DNA of 63,063 nucleotides, filler included, from Octopus bimaculoides (lineage: Eukaryota): the NCBI RefSeq assembly GCF_001194135.2. It is 5 parts of 5 records of this genome, joined end to end, with 100 filler letters (N's around TTAATTAATTAA, not from the genome) between each part and the next. Parts side by side here need not be neighbours in the genome. Positions count along the whole stretch, not along the records: positions 1 to 29,559 come from NC_068981.1; 4 more parts are not named here. One strand, written 5' to 3'. Shown here in pieces: positions 1-12,385 of the stretch. The translations under genes and the position numbers were made by a program. The first letter of the stretch is position 1. Each line of letters begins with the position of its first letter. The notes under the pieces were generated by a model. The model ran no database searches and was not told the origin of the DNA. It saw nothing but the letters and a program-made list of their open reading frames with translations.

Positions 1-16
1 ATATATATATATATAT

Positions 17-178
17 ACGACGGGCTTCTTTCAGTTTCCGTCTAGCAAATCCACTCACAAGGTTTTGGTCAGCCCGACGCTATAGTTGAAGACACTTGCC
101 CAAGGTGCCATGCAGTGGGATTGAAACCGGAACCATGAGGTTGGTAAGCAAGCTACTTACCACACAGCCACGCCTATA
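17..178 (-). mobile_element. tRNA-derived SINE family A, head portion
   Basis: Reverse complement of GGCGTGGCTGTGTGGTAAG...GGAAACTGAAAGAAGCCCGTCG; continues beyond the window start. Confidence 0.85.
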
Positions 179-179
179 C

Positions 180-285
<106 letters not shown>

Positions 286-523
286 GTATGTATATGAAAA
301 AAATTCAGGACAAGTGAGTTCTAAAATATTTATTCCATTTGTTTACAGCTGTTTCGTAATCTGTATTCAGTTATATCGTCGACGCTAAAGCACCCCTACA
401 CACACACACGTGCACTCGCGCGCACACACACACACACACGCAATCATACACACACGAACACACACACACACACACACATACGCAAACATACAGGCATGGA
501 CATACCCGTATAAGTATACGTAC

Positions 524-580
524 GAAATACCGCTAAGCATTTCGTCCGGCGTGCTAACGATTCTGCCAGCTCACCGCCTT
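524..580 (-). mobile_element. tRNA-derived SINE family B, head only
   Basis: Reverse complement GGCGGTGAGCTGGCAGAATCGTTAGCACGCCGGACGAAATGCTTAGCGG. Confidence 0.7.
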
Positions 581-864
581 CTCATTCGATTATATTATGA
601 GCATTAAATGATTTATTTTTAACTAAATATTTGATCCCCAAAAGATAAATTTGATTAACGATTATATAAGGCTCCACTACTTTGGCTCCCAGATTTTCAG
701 GAGGATGGTGACGTTAATTATGTACCCTAAACTCAATTACTGTTTATTTTGATAGCTGTACACCCGGCGGAATGCTTGCTGTGAATATTACTTGATTCTT
801 AGAATCCCTATTCGAGTTAAATATATGCATGTCTACAAATGTACATTCATGTATGTATGTATGT

Positions 865-1311
865 CTACATGAGAAATTAAGGAGGGATGTCAGGAAGGGC
901 ATCGTTGTTGCACTTCCAGATGGTAAGGGTCTTCCTATGACACTGACATGCAGTGTCTGTGCAAGACCGTGCCTCAGTAAAGCTGGACTCATGAGTCATC
1001 TTCGTAGTCATAAAGCAAGACCGATGAATGACTACCAGGCCGCTGGTGATGATGCTACACACCATACTAATCATGTCTGTCGGGCATGTGGAAGGGAGTG
1101 TGATTCAGCAGGAGGACTTAAACGACACGCAAAGGTACATGGAACCCAATTACGACAACAGCCAGCTATTGCCAGTAAAGGTTTTGGATGCCAACTCTGT
1201 GCAAGACATTGTAGATCTTTGGCTGGGCTAAAAAGTCACATTCGATCACAGCACCGTTAAGTTAAGCTTCGTGCAATGGCCATACTCGATAACGAGGGGG
1301 CAGCCATCATC
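865..1311 (+). mobile_element. 5'-truncated RTE-clade LINE 3' end encoding three C2H2-type fingers
   Basis: CSVC-x12-HLRSH, CRAC-x12-HAKVH, CQLC-x12-HIRSQH, stop at 1258-1260, short 3' UTR ending in catcat then (ATGT)n; (ATGT)n also on the 5' side. Confidence 0.7.
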
Positions 1312-1371
1312 ATGTATGTATGTATGTATGTATGTATGTATGTATGTATGTATGTATATTATTTGTAACTA

Positions 1372-1650
1372 GTTTCAGCCCTTAGAGTGAGATAGTGCTG
1401 GAGCACCACCATCAATGTTCCTAGTCATGTTTCTGTTGTTGAATTTTAGTGAGGGTGGGAGTCTGATATCGCTGTCATTATATGTGCTTATACTTGCATC
1501 GTATTGCTTAATATCCCAAACGGGATTTCATCTGGGACTTAAGCAGTACAATGTTCTAATAGTGTTTGACTGCATTCGCTTCCACTTAAGGTAAACCTCT
1601 CATGTTTTTCAGATAGATATTGGAAAGTTATGGCCTTTTTAATCCTAATC
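1372..1650 (-). mobile_element. Degenerate CR1/L2-group LINE 3' end
   Basis: Minus-strand remnants (..VPDEIP) parallel the C-terminus at 51379-51589; ends in GGTGGTGCTCCAGCA...GGCTGAAAC tail. Confidence 0.5.
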
Positions 1651-1857
1651 TAGTGCACCAATTCGTCACTCACCCTCCAGTCATTTTCTATTAATCTACG
1701 TCTCTCTCTCATCCTCCCCCACTCAGCTTACTTCTTCTTGTCCATCAACGTGTCTTCTACTACCCTGTCTCCTCATCATTCCCTCTTTACCTCTAACGCT
1801 GCTCATGATATTTTTCTATTCAATCTCCTCACCAACAATAAACACGTAGCTGTCTAC

Positions 1858-1906
<49 letters not shown>

Positions 1907-2458
1907 TTCATTCCTTCGCTAAACACCTTCTCACTTCAATTACTCTGTTTCTCTTATCATACACATACTTTATCTTCGTTTATATTCTTCCCCTGGCTCT
2001 CTCTCCACGATCACTTTCTATTTTTGCTTACTCTTTTGTTCATGCTTATCTAGAACGAACGAAGGCAATGTAGAGTAGAGAGGATCTTTTAGTTTAGCAA
2101 GAGACATGGCAACCTTTTTGGTGTTGGTAACACGATATATTGCACAGATTAAATCCTGGGGAGTGGTTGTCAAATAGACGAAATACAATAGACATTTTAG
2201 TCTTAACAAGGACATGACGACGTCTTTTGTGCTGGTGCGATGGTAAAATGCATCTGGTACATTTTGTAAAATAATGGCTTTTTGAGAGATGCGTACAACA
2301 GCAAAAACCACATCAAAATTGGAACGTATGGGTAAGATGTGGTCCTCCAAACCATCTCGGAGGGCTGTAACTCTAAATGGAAACTGGTTCGGAGACTGAG
2401 ATGAGAACCCCGTCCAACATATACCAAGATGCAAATCGGACGTAAAAGGATTATGTAA

Positions 2459-2526
<68 letters not shown>

Positions 2527-2899
2527 TTATAAAAAAGAAGTTTGAAAACGCCAATATATAAAAAATGAATTTTAATTTAAAATNNNNNNNNNNNNNNNNN
2601 NNNNNNNNNNNNNNNNNNNNNNNNNNNNNNNNNNNNNNNNNNNNNNNNNNNNNNNNNNNNNNNNNNNNNNNNNNNNNNNNNNNNNNNNNNNNNNNNNNNN
2701 NNNNNNNNNNNNNNNNNNNNNNNNNNNNNNNNNNNNNNNNNNNNNNNNNNNNNNNNNNNNNNNNNNNNNNNNNNNNNNNNNNNNNNNNNNNNNNNNNNNN
2801 NNNNNNNNNNNNNNNNNNNNNNNNNNNNNNNNNNNNNNNNNNNNNNNNNNNNNNNGTACTTATAATTTATTTATAATCTATAATTTTGAGAAAAAAATG

Positions 2900-3507
2900 A
2901 ATATATGAAGAAAGTGTATAGCATGGAGTTTTATTTAAAATTCGATATAGACACCAGCTTCCGCAATCAGCTTCTCAAGCCGACTTGGAACCGCATCAAC
3001 TGATTTCATCAGGAACTCTTGTGGGATGGAAGACATAACATCTCTCCTTTAACCAACCCCAAAGAAAAAGTCACAGTGCGTTAAATCAGGGCTTCTGGGC
3101 GGCAAATCATGCGGACCTCGACGAATTGGAAGGACGACTGCTTCTTCGAGTATCAGCTACAAATCCTGTAGTCATGAGTTTCGCATGACAATTCTTGATC
3201 GTCTTTGCATCGACTTGAGCATGTCTTCCTCTAATGGTCCTTTACTATCTTTGCACTTGAACAACTGATCTCCAAACTTCGTAACGTGCCGCTAGCTGGG
3301 CACGCTCCTGTACAGTAAAACGTCCAACTATGTTTGTAGGGCTTCTAAATTTCAAACAAAATAATCGATCTGAAAAAAAAAACAACAATAACAGAATCAA
3401 TTCCCATACATGGAAGAACATACACAACAAATTTGAGACAAAAATTATAGTTAATAAATAAATTATAAGTATTTTAAAATAGGGGGTTACTTTTCAATCA
3501 CCCGGTA
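2900..3507 (-). mobile_element. Tc1/mariner-superfamily element 5' half (DUF4817-type HTH transposase pseudogene)
   Basis: FTVQERAQLAARYEVWRSVVQVQR* N-terminus; terminus reads TA-TACCGGGTGATTGAAAAGTAACCCC on the minus strand at ~3482-3508. Confidence 0.65.
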
Positions 3508-3615
3508 TATATATAATCAACTAACACTGCGGAATTCTTGAAGTAGATTCAAAGAAAATATACCCCAACTGCAGATGACACCAGGTAGCCCAAACTGTAC
3601 CAGTGTTTTTCTCAA

Positions 3616-3693
3616 CACAGAGCATACCCAAGGCACACAGAGCTGCGCTCGGTAGTGAAATGAAAGCACGTTATAAAAATAAAACTACTGAAC
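3616..3693 (+). mobile_element. RLE-type (R4/Dong-like) LINE, extreme 3' end only
   Basis: Matches the 3' UTR of the 3709-4007 copy; followed by (AAT)5. Confidence 0.7.
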
Positions 3694-3708
3694 AATAATA
3701 ATAATAAT

Positions 3709-4007
3709 ACCTGGAAATAGAGGTAACTCGAATGTGGAATCTAAAAACAGAAACAATTCCTATCATAGTAGGTGCCTTAGGTATAATAAAAAAAATATTC
3801 AGACAAATACATAACAAAAACACCAGGACTTACAAATATATATAACATACAGAAAATTGCACTACTGGGCACTGCACACATCCTACGCAAAACACTTTCA
3901 ATACAGTAACCATAAGAGCACCACAGCAAACCACAGCACATACCCAAGGCACACAGAGCTGCGCTCGGTATTGAAGTGAAAGCACGTTATAAAAATAAAA
4001 CTACTGG
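3709..4007 (+). mobile_element. RLE-type (R4/Dong-like) LINE 3' fragment
   Basis: LEIEVTRMWNLKTETIPIIVGALG...IQKIALLGTAHILRKTLSIQ*; flanked on both sides by (TAA)n. Confidence 0.8.
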
Positions 4008-4022
4008 GGATAATAATAATAA

Positions 4023-4053
<31 letters not shown>

Positions 4054-4194
4054 AAGAAGAAAAAATAAAAAAAGAATTAAAAAAAGAACGATCAGAAACA
4101 AATTGAGGGGCGGTGGAACCAGACGCCCCTGCATGGAGTGGACAGTATATTCTTCGAAGTCAAAATGCTAGACCAAGTAACAACCCATCAGTGA

Positions 4195-4575
4195 CCGAGA
4201 AGTTCAGAACTGAAAGCAGAGACGAAAAACTTCAAATTGGCAGGACAATATCAAAGCCTGTTTACCAGGTTAACGTTCTTCAAAACGGTACTGACCCTAA
4301 ATTCAGGTTCTGCGACACGTCTGATGAAACAACGGACCATCTCGTCTTGGAATGTCCTGTACTGACAACAAATAAATACAAAAATCGCCACGTTAGGGTA
4401 GGACAGTATTTGCATTGGAAAATATGTAGACACTACAAAATCGGTACTCCTGCTTAGTGGCATGAACATCTTCCTGAGCCAGTCGTTGAAGGTAAAAATG
4501 TCACTATCCTCTGGGTTTTTCCAGTCAACACCAACAGAACGATCCAGGCTAATCGACCAGACATAGGTCATGAAC
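4195..4575 (+). pseudogene. RLE-type LINE fragment: CCHC knuckle region and start of restriction-like endonuclease
   Basis: DPKFRFCDTSDETTDHLVLECPVL...RHVRVGQYLHWKIC...HLPEPVVEGKNVTILW...QANRPDI with an internal stop. Confidence 0.75.
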
Positions 4576-4834
4576 ATCTTCCTGGCTTACACTGATGTGC
4601 AAAGATTTTTGTAAAAATGCGGTAAAAGTTAGTTATCAATGCTTCGAAAAGTTTGGTATACTCATGCAATGGATTAATAAAAGAAATTGTTCGAATGCAG
4701 ACTCAATTCAAAAGCAAATACAAACACATTTCGGAGTCACTGTCAAAAATATTCCAGTTTAAGAATAATATATACAACCTGTCACTTAGTCATCACTTGC
4801 AAGTGAGTGGTACTTGATAGACAGACATTCTAGA

Positions 4835-4965
4835 CACTAACGTAGCTAGAGTGTGTACCACCCGGGGCGGCCCTTCCGTTTGCCGCCCCCGGGCCCCACA
4901 AAAAACACATATTGCCTACAGCAAACCCACAAATGCGCCCCTTCCCCATCCCAGCTACACTAATG
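4835..4965. mobile_element. hAT-type MITE
   Basis: TIR CACTAACGTAGCT...AGCTACACTAATG; perfect 8-bp TSD ATTCTAGA at 4827-4834 and 4966-4973. Confidence 0.85.
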
Positions 4966-5222
4966 ATTCTAGACCTTTCTATTCTTAACCCTGCACTGCA
5001 ATGGTGCTCAGCTGGTATTCATTGTCAGTTGAGTAGACTGGAGTAACGTGAAATGAAGTGCCTTGTTGAAGGGCAAAACGCGCCGCCTCGTCAAAGAGTC
5101 GAACCGATGACTTTAAGACCGTTAGATGTTACACTAACAACTCGGCAATGAACCTCGCTCTACATATACAAATACGCACACACATGCATCTATATACATG
5201 CACATACGTACATATGTACGTA

Positions 5223-5391
5223 CACTAGCGTAACTAGAACGTGTGCCGCCCGGGCGGCCCTTCTGTTTGCTGCCCACGGACCCCACAAAAGACACATATT
5301 GCCTGCAGCAGACCCAAAAGTGGTACCCCTTTAAAAGTGCCGCCCGGGGCGAACCGCCGCTACAGACCCCCCCACCCCCAGTACGCTAGTG
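5223..5391. mobile_element. hAT-type MITE (same family)
   Basis: TIR CACTAGCGTA...TACGCTAGTG; TSD TGTACGTA / TGTATATA (6/8). Confidence 0.8.
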
Positions 5392-5539
5392 TGTATATAT
5401 ATACATACACACATACATACATACATACATACATACATGCACGCATACATACACACATACATACATACATACATACATACATACACGCATACATACACAC
5501 ACAGACACAGAGACACACACACATACATAAACTCACACA

Positions 5540-5573
<34 letters not shown>

Positions 5574-5845
5574 CTGTACATGCATGCATGCACGCACGCA
5601 TACACACACACACACACATACATACATATATACATGTATGCATGCACGCATACACACACACACTCATACATACATGCATGCGCACATACATACACACATA
5701 CATAATACATACATACATGCATGCATGCGTGCATACACACATACATACATACATACATACATGCATGCACGCATACGCACACACACATATACATACACAC
5801 ACATACATACATACATACATACATACATACATACACACACATCAC
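5392..5845. repeat. Compound (TACA)/(CA) microsatellite
   Basis: Direct reading; source of the spurious THIH/VCMY ORFs. Confidence 0.95.
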
Positions 5846-6033
5846 AGTTGCATTAGACGAAGATTATCAATACAAATTAGCACCATAAATGGAACCAGTG
5901 AGGTGCATCAATGTTATGAATACATTATTAATCATAAAAATTCCGTATTCGTATTGTAATTAACAATGCATTCATAATAAGAAGACTCAACTCATTTATT
6001 TATGTATTAATTATATTAACAATAACGTGCATA

Positions 6034-6470
6034 GGCGCAGGAGTGGCTGTGTGGTAAGTAGCTTGCTTACCAACCACATGGTCCCGGGTTCAGTCTCACT
6101 GCGTGGCACCTTGGGTAAATGTCTTCTACTATAGCCTCGAGCCGACCAAAGCCTTGTGAGTGGATTTGGTAGACGGAAACTGAAAGAAGCCCGTCGTATA
6201 TATATATANNNNNNNNNNNNNNNNNNNNNNNTATATATATGTATGTGTGTATGTGTTTGTGTGTCTGTGTTTGTTCCCCCAACATCGCTTGACAACCGAT
6301 GCTGGTGTGTTTATGTCCCCGTAACTTAGCGGTTCGGCAAAAGAGACCGATAGAATAAGTACTAAGCTTCTAAAGAATAAGTCCTGGGGTCGATTTGCTC
6401 GACTAAAGGCGGTGCTCCAGCATGGCCACAGTCAAAAGACTGAAACAAGTAAAAGAGAAAGAGAAAGAGT
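6034..6470 (+). mobile_element. tRNA-derived SINE family A, full length (~440 bp with internal (TA)/(TG) tract)
   Basis: A/B-box-like head, internal microsatellite, tail GGTGCTCCAGCATGGCCACAGTC...GTAAAAGAG; many copies in the window. Confidence 0.9.
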
Positions 6471-7329
6471 ATATGAATAAAGCCAAACTTTCAGAAATCA
6501 GTGTGTCAGCCAACGTCATTTGTATTAAAACTATTATAACTACAAAGTACATTGCTCTTTCTTACTTGTTCAGCCATTTTTTTGCTTCGGTAACGTACCG
6601 TCATAAATCAGGATTTGAAAAATAGAAATAAAAGAAAAGAAAAGATGTTTCAATAATTTAGAAATTCATCAAAAGGTCAACAAACTGTAAATCACTCTTT
6701 TTGCTTTTGTTCTGTAGATTACTAATGATGACTAAACTACAACGCAGATTTGTGTAATGACAGAAATCATCACTCAACAACTATTAATAAAGAGACAAGT
6801 AAACTACGTAAATACTTTATAGTACATCATATGTCTTTATTTGACTACGTCACTAGAATGAATAATCTGAGAGATCAGAAGCTTTCTTTGCTATGGTTAA
6901 CTATGAGGAAGAGGATTGTCATGGCAACAACACATTCAACAACAACAGTCCTTGGCATTTGCTTGAAATTGTAAGCCTTAGCTTGTTATGCAGCCTCTCG
7001 CTATAGCGAGGACTGTTTATAGTTTGATCGCCTTTCCTTATAATCCTTCTAAGTTCCTTCGAAATTCTTTTGAAAATATGTGAATTTCCTGTTGTGCGCT
7101 CCCTGTTTTATAGGAAGCGAGCATATTTTTAAAGGAGCAATTTAAAAGGAACTTATAAGGAGTTAGAGTAGTACTGAAGAATTGTGGTGGACACTGGTGG
7201 ATTCTCCTGTCGTAAATGACTGATGAGGGGTTCTGCAACTTGTGTGAACGACCTGCGAAGATGATTTGTTTCTAGAGATCAAAATGTTTGTGCTCTACAT
7301 TAGGTCATTCCTTCCGTCAAATCGACATT

Positions 7330-7493
7330 ATCTGTACAGCTGCACCTTGTGCAACATGTCAGATGTCGAAGTGATTGCAGAGCAACACGAAATTAGGTGT
7401 TTTGCAACAGGAAATGAAATATTTCCCGGTCGGGAATCGAAACCACGATCTCGAAAAGGTGAGTGCAACACCTGAACCACTAGGCCGCGCGCC
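7330..7493 (-). mobile_element. tRNA-derived SINE family D, head and part of body
   Basis: Minus strand GGCGCGCGGCCTAGTGGTTCAGG...GGTTTCGATTCCCGACC with A and B boxes; similar head at ~26308-26410. Confidence 0.6.
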
Positions 7494-7715
7494 GTTACAA
7501 CTGAGGGATTATAAAGAAAAGAGATCAACAATTTACATTACTCGTTATAGCGAGATGCTGCGTGACAAACTAAAGTCTACAATTCGAATCTTATGCCAAG
7601 GGCTATTATTGAATATGAGGGTGGGCTGAAAATTCATGGCTGAAAATTCATGACTGTGAAGGTGTGATGCTAGAGCTGTGAAGTCTTGCATGCATTAATT
7701 TCAGCCCTTCTAACT

Positions 7716-7890
7716 ACCTCCGCCTTAGCGAAGGCGGAGGTGTTGTTTGCTTGTTTGTCCGTGGACAAGATATCTCAAGAACCGCAGGATGGATTCGGAT
7801 GAAACTTTCGAGAATGTTTGACCTCATGACTGGCACGAACTGATTAGGTTTTGGGATCGATCCAGTACCGGACAAGGATTCTGGATACGT
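7716..7890 (+). mobile_element. Helentron-associated non-autonomous element (HINE/DINE-like) 5' part
   Basis: Perfect hairpin ACCTCCGCCTT-agcg-AAGGCGGAGGT then (GTTT)-like tract and ggatggattcggatgaaactt motif typical of this class. Confidence 0.5.
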
Positions 7891-9381
7891 TGCGGTAGAG
7901 TCGTGCGACTTCTTTGGGCTATTCTAGGTTATCAGACAAAGAGTGTTGCTCAAGGAGCTGCCTGCCAAATCTTATGATGTAATCAGCCTCATATATGCAA
8001 ACTTGGTCAAGGGGTGCACATCGACACTTGGTGGTTAAAAGATGTTGCTGAAGGGATATGGTGCGACATTCAAAGTCATTTTGGATCGAAGAACTGGGCC
8101 GAGGTACCGAACAGCGTAGCCCACATAGCCAAGACCTGGTCTTGGCGGTGGCTATCCCTGAAAGAGAGGGCGGAGGTGGCCAATGTGTTCATCGCATCGG
8201 TCATCACCTACCGCCTAACCATCGTTCCCTGCCCTGATTCGTGGTTGGGTAAGCTGGAAAGACAGCTCTTTCGCTTCTTGTAGAAGGGTTCGAATCCGCT
8301 TGTGAGACGCTCTATTTGCTGTCAACAACCGTTAAAGGGTGGGCTAGGGATGCCTTGGCTGATGATGCGCAGGCACGCGCTGAGGTTGAGGCATATGTGG
8401 ATGGTGATCGGGTGTGGTCTCCGCTGGCGAAACAGATATTTCCCAAGTTCACTTGTTTCGGTGGACTGAAAACCTGGTTCTATCGTAGATCGAAGTTGGG
8501 TACATGGTTCACGNNNNNNNNNNNNNNNNNNNNNNNNNNNNNNNNNNNNNNNNNNNNNNNNNNNNNNNNNNNNNNNNNNNNNNNNNNNNNNNNNNNNNNN
8601 NNNNNNNNNNNNNNNNNNNNNNNNNNNNNNNNNNNNNNNNNNNNNNNNNNNNNNNNNNNNNNNNNNNNNNNNNNNNNNNNNNNNNNNNNNNNNNNNNNNN
8701 NNNNNNNNNNNNNNNNNNNNNNNNNNNNNNNNNNNNNNNNNNNNNNNNNNNNNNNGGGGGGGGGGGGCAGGGAAACCGTCCTGCACGCTATTTGTTCAGT
8801 GTTCGGAGGTGTCAGATGTGTGGGTTTATGCCGAACAACTGTTAAGTACAGGAAGAGTACAGTTATCGACTGAATCAATAGTAAAATATTGACCCACCGG
8901 ATTTCGTATCGAAAGAAGGTAAGAATTGCTTTCTCATCGCAGTAGCAATTGTAAGAGAGGCGATTTGGAAGACGCGAATGAAAAGGTAAATAACAGGCAT
9001 TTTTATCTCTGGCCCTGGCTTGGTGAATTTCTTCACCTTCTACCTAAGAAGGAAAATAAGGTTAGAGAAAAAGTGCCTATCCGCCAAAATGTTCCAAGAT
9101 CGATGGAAGAATGTCGCACGAATGTTGCGTATGGATGGAACTGCATGAATACAACGCAGGACGAACCCAAAGCATCAGTGGTGAGACGGGGCTCGTGGGG
9201 TCCGAGCATATCCTGCCTCCCACTCCAATCTGTATTGTTGTCTTGTATATGTTATCATTCGAACTATTCATATTTATGTAAACATTTTTAATTCATCTTT
9301 TTGTTAACTCATACGATAAATCTGACCCCATATCAGATTCTACTGTCCCCTCTTTGTTGCCTCCTTGTGGGAAATAAAAAA
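7890..9381 (+). pseudogene. Tx1/L1-clade LINE ORF2 C-terminal half, gapped, with 3' UTR and A-tail
   Basis: WLSLKERAEVANVFIASVITYRL...KLERQLFRFL*KG...LKGGLGMPWL; after the gap ETVLHA and AIVREAIWKTR; ends gggaaataaaaa. Confidence 0.8.
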
Positions 9382-9384
9382 TTT

Positions 9385-9568
9385 GCGAAATGCTTAGCGG
9401 TATTTCGTCTGTCTTTACGTTCTGAGTTCAAATTCCACCGAGGTCAACTCTGCCTTTCATCCTTTCGGGGTCGATAAATTAAGTACCAGTTGCGTACTGG
9501 AGTCGATCTAATCGACTGGCCCCTCCCTCAAAATTTAAGGCCTTGTGCCTATATTAGAAAAGATTATG
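9385..9568 (+). mobile_element. SINE family B (central CTTTCATCCTTTCGGGGTCGATAAA domain)
   Basis: B-box GAGTTCAAATTCC followed by a central domain shared with five other copies; resembles the Meta-domain of MetaSINEs (from memory, unverified). Confidence 0.8.
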
Positions 9569-10024
9569 TTAATGCAGTGGTAATCCGAAAATTTGGAAGG
9601 ACTGACTATTCAACCAATAATAGATTATTTCTATCTACCAGTTAAATAATTGTGCTGTATGTTAAACCATTTTATAAAGAAGATTTGTCTTGCTTATGTT
9701 CAACCAAAAATAGCACTAAGTTAGTTTTATGAAGGCATAATATTACCTCAATGATCACTGGCTTCAAGCTAATGAAACGTAAAGGGACTGGCACAGAGAA
9801 TGTTTGAAATATGTATATCAAAATTTATGCTCTCTTATACAGCAGACTGCTTGTTTGTTTACGTCTAAGGTCAAATGTCACTTTATTGTACTCTTGGGTT
9901 GGTGTTATTTTTCGTGTAGTAATTACTATTGATAGACATTGTTACTTTGTAAAATAGTTCCTAATAACTCTGGAAATCAAATTTGTGTGTGATATATATA
10001 TATATATATATATCGTACGTATAC

Positions 10025-10066
<42 letters not shown>

Positions 10067-10312
10067 AGATGCTTGCATTTCATTTATATGTAATAGTGCA
10101 GATCAAGGTTTCGTTGTCTGTGCAACAGATAATTGTTCGTCAGTAACTGAAACCTTGATCTTGAGTTCATAAGACTGGCTGGTTTAGTTGGGCAGATATA
10201 ATAAAAGACAAGAGAGCCCTTGTTTGTTATGTATGTATGTATGTATGTATGTATGTATGTATGTATGTATGCGTGCGTGCGCGTGTGTGTGTGAGTGTGT
10301 GTATGTATATAT

Positions 10313-10640
10313 TCTTTTATGCTTTTATGCTTTTACTTGTTTCAGTCATCTGACTGTGGCTATGCTGGAGCACTGCCTTTAGTCGAACAATTCGACCCCA
10401 GGACTTATTCTTTATAAGCCTAGTACTTATTCTATCGGTCTCTTTTGCTGAACCGCTAAGTTATGGGGACGTAAACAAACCAACATCGGTTGTCAAGGGA
10501 TGATGGGGGTGCTAACACAGACACACAAATACACACATACACACACAAATACACACACACATGTATATATACGACGGGCTTCTTTCTGTTTCTGTCTACC
10601 AATTCTACTCACAAGACTTTGGTCGGCCCGAGGCTATAGT
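10313..10640 (-). mobile_element. SINE family A, 5'-truncated
   Basis: Reverse-complement match to 6130-6470. Confidence 0.85.
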
Positions 10641-12084
10641 GAGTTTGTATGTCTGTGTGCGTGTGTGTGTCTGTGTGCGCGTGTGTATCTGTGTGCGTGT
10701 GTGTATCTGTGTGCGTGTGTGTCTGTGTGCGTGTGTGTATCTGTGCGCGTGTGTGTGTCTGTGTGCGTGTTTGTGTGTCTGTGTGTGTATGCTTCTTATG
10801 CATTCCAAAACCGAGCTGCCGATTTTGACGTATGGGTTCTCAAAAGATTCAGTAAGCTTTTGGCTACCAACTAAACTATATTTTCATTCACATATTTGCA
10901 TTACAAAAATTTAACATTATCATTTTTCTTTTAGTCACCTATCGTAAACGACATTTTATATCACCACCTCAACGACGATGACGTCGCATTTTCTATATGG
11001 GTGTGTTCACGCGTTCGTTACCCACGTTAGGCTGGTGAATGACAAGTACATGTGTGTGACGGTGTATGTGTCTGTCAGTATACATACATTTTTGTGACGA
11101 CTGACACTCACACATCTAAACACAGAGACAAAAACACGCCGGGACAGAGATAGTCTTCAGGTGTACTTTAGTGTATGTGTATGTGTGTTAGTTTATGTAT
11201 GTAACTCCTCCCCACTAACAGTGAAACGCACCAATATTGAAAGTTTACTTGCGGCCCGAACTTTAAACGAACAACAACGCTCACTTTCAAGTACTACCAA
11301 CATGAAGACTCGCAAATATATCTAAAAAAAATAATGTTATTCTGGTTATTATAACAAATTCAGAAACGTGGCGAAGTAGAAAGCCTCAGCAGCTCTTTCA
11401 ATAACATTACCGAAATGTTATTCCACTCCTTCAAACCAGTTTCAAGATAATGCATTTTAACAGTCCTTATCGTATTCCTCCTGGTTCTTCACCACTGTAT
11501 CAACGTCACACAACCTTTTTACTACGGTCAGTATTTATTCTACAGCCTATAATGTTCCACAGTTAAAAAATATATAGTAATGTCAAATTAATTTAATCTT
11601 TCTACATACATCCTTCAGCAAATATTTTAAATTAACGTTCACCACAACAACATCTTCCTTTCTATACACTTGGTTCAGCGTTCGTTTCAAAATTGTAAAA
11701 TAAATAATTTTCGTGTGAAAAATTGAATTATGCCTTCTGAATTTTCTTCGACATTCACTTTCTTCACCGTGACATTCAATCGTGAATTTTATGACATTTA
11801 CTGCATGTTCCAAAGAAACGTTGACTTTCTGTACTTTCTTACATTGGTGACGCATACTAACTTTTTCTAAATTGGTGACTTTCCATTTTTTCATAGCATG
11901 ACTATGCTCCAGAAAGTATGATTTGCACCTATATTGATTACATTTCGTTTCGCTTGAACTTCGTGTGTGTACGTTTTGCTGTTTTCAATTTTATCAATTC
12001 TATGAGTGTGTGTATGTGTGTATGTGTTTCTGCGTTCGTTATGTCTATAGTAAACTATAGTAAAGAACATTTTACATTGTTTTA

Positions 12085-12385
12085 ATGAGCCCACATCTAA
12101 TGAGTCACATCTTTATGGTTGGTGATCCCCATGAAAATCATGATATTCTCATTCGTGTTCGAGATAACAACCTTAAACGTGTTTCACAGACTCATCCCTC
12201 TTATGATGCTCCCCAGTATACTCTTATTCTGTGGAATGGACAAGACGGGTATCATTTCAATATTCCACGGATTGAACTTGCAACAGGATAACCAATTACA
12301 AACAAAAAGGTGTCGTCAAATGACTTCTATTCTTACCAATTGATGTTAATACCAGAACAATCAAATCAATTACACATGTCAAATA
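12085..12385 (+). pseudogene. Helitron Rep domain fragment
   Basis: DILIRVRDNNLKRVSQTHPSYDAPQYTLILWNGQDGYHFNI...TNKKVSSNDFYSYQLM matches the Helitron Rep N-terminal motif; internal stop. Confidence 0.8.

Noticed and set aside
1990-2460. 138-aa and 101-aa minus-strand ORFs with a faint HLELQPSEMVW (IS630/Tc1-like) motif
   Set aside because: A single weak motif; cannot be assigned without a profile search.
6893-6970. Possible first coding exon MVNYEEEDCHGNNTFNNNSPWHLLEI with a gtaagc donor
   Set aside because: No recognisable homology and no convincing downstream exon.
7416-7493. tRNA-like sequence on the minus strand
   Set aside because: No proper acceptor stem or cloverleaf, and it continues into a repeat body; it is a SINE head, not a tRNA gene.
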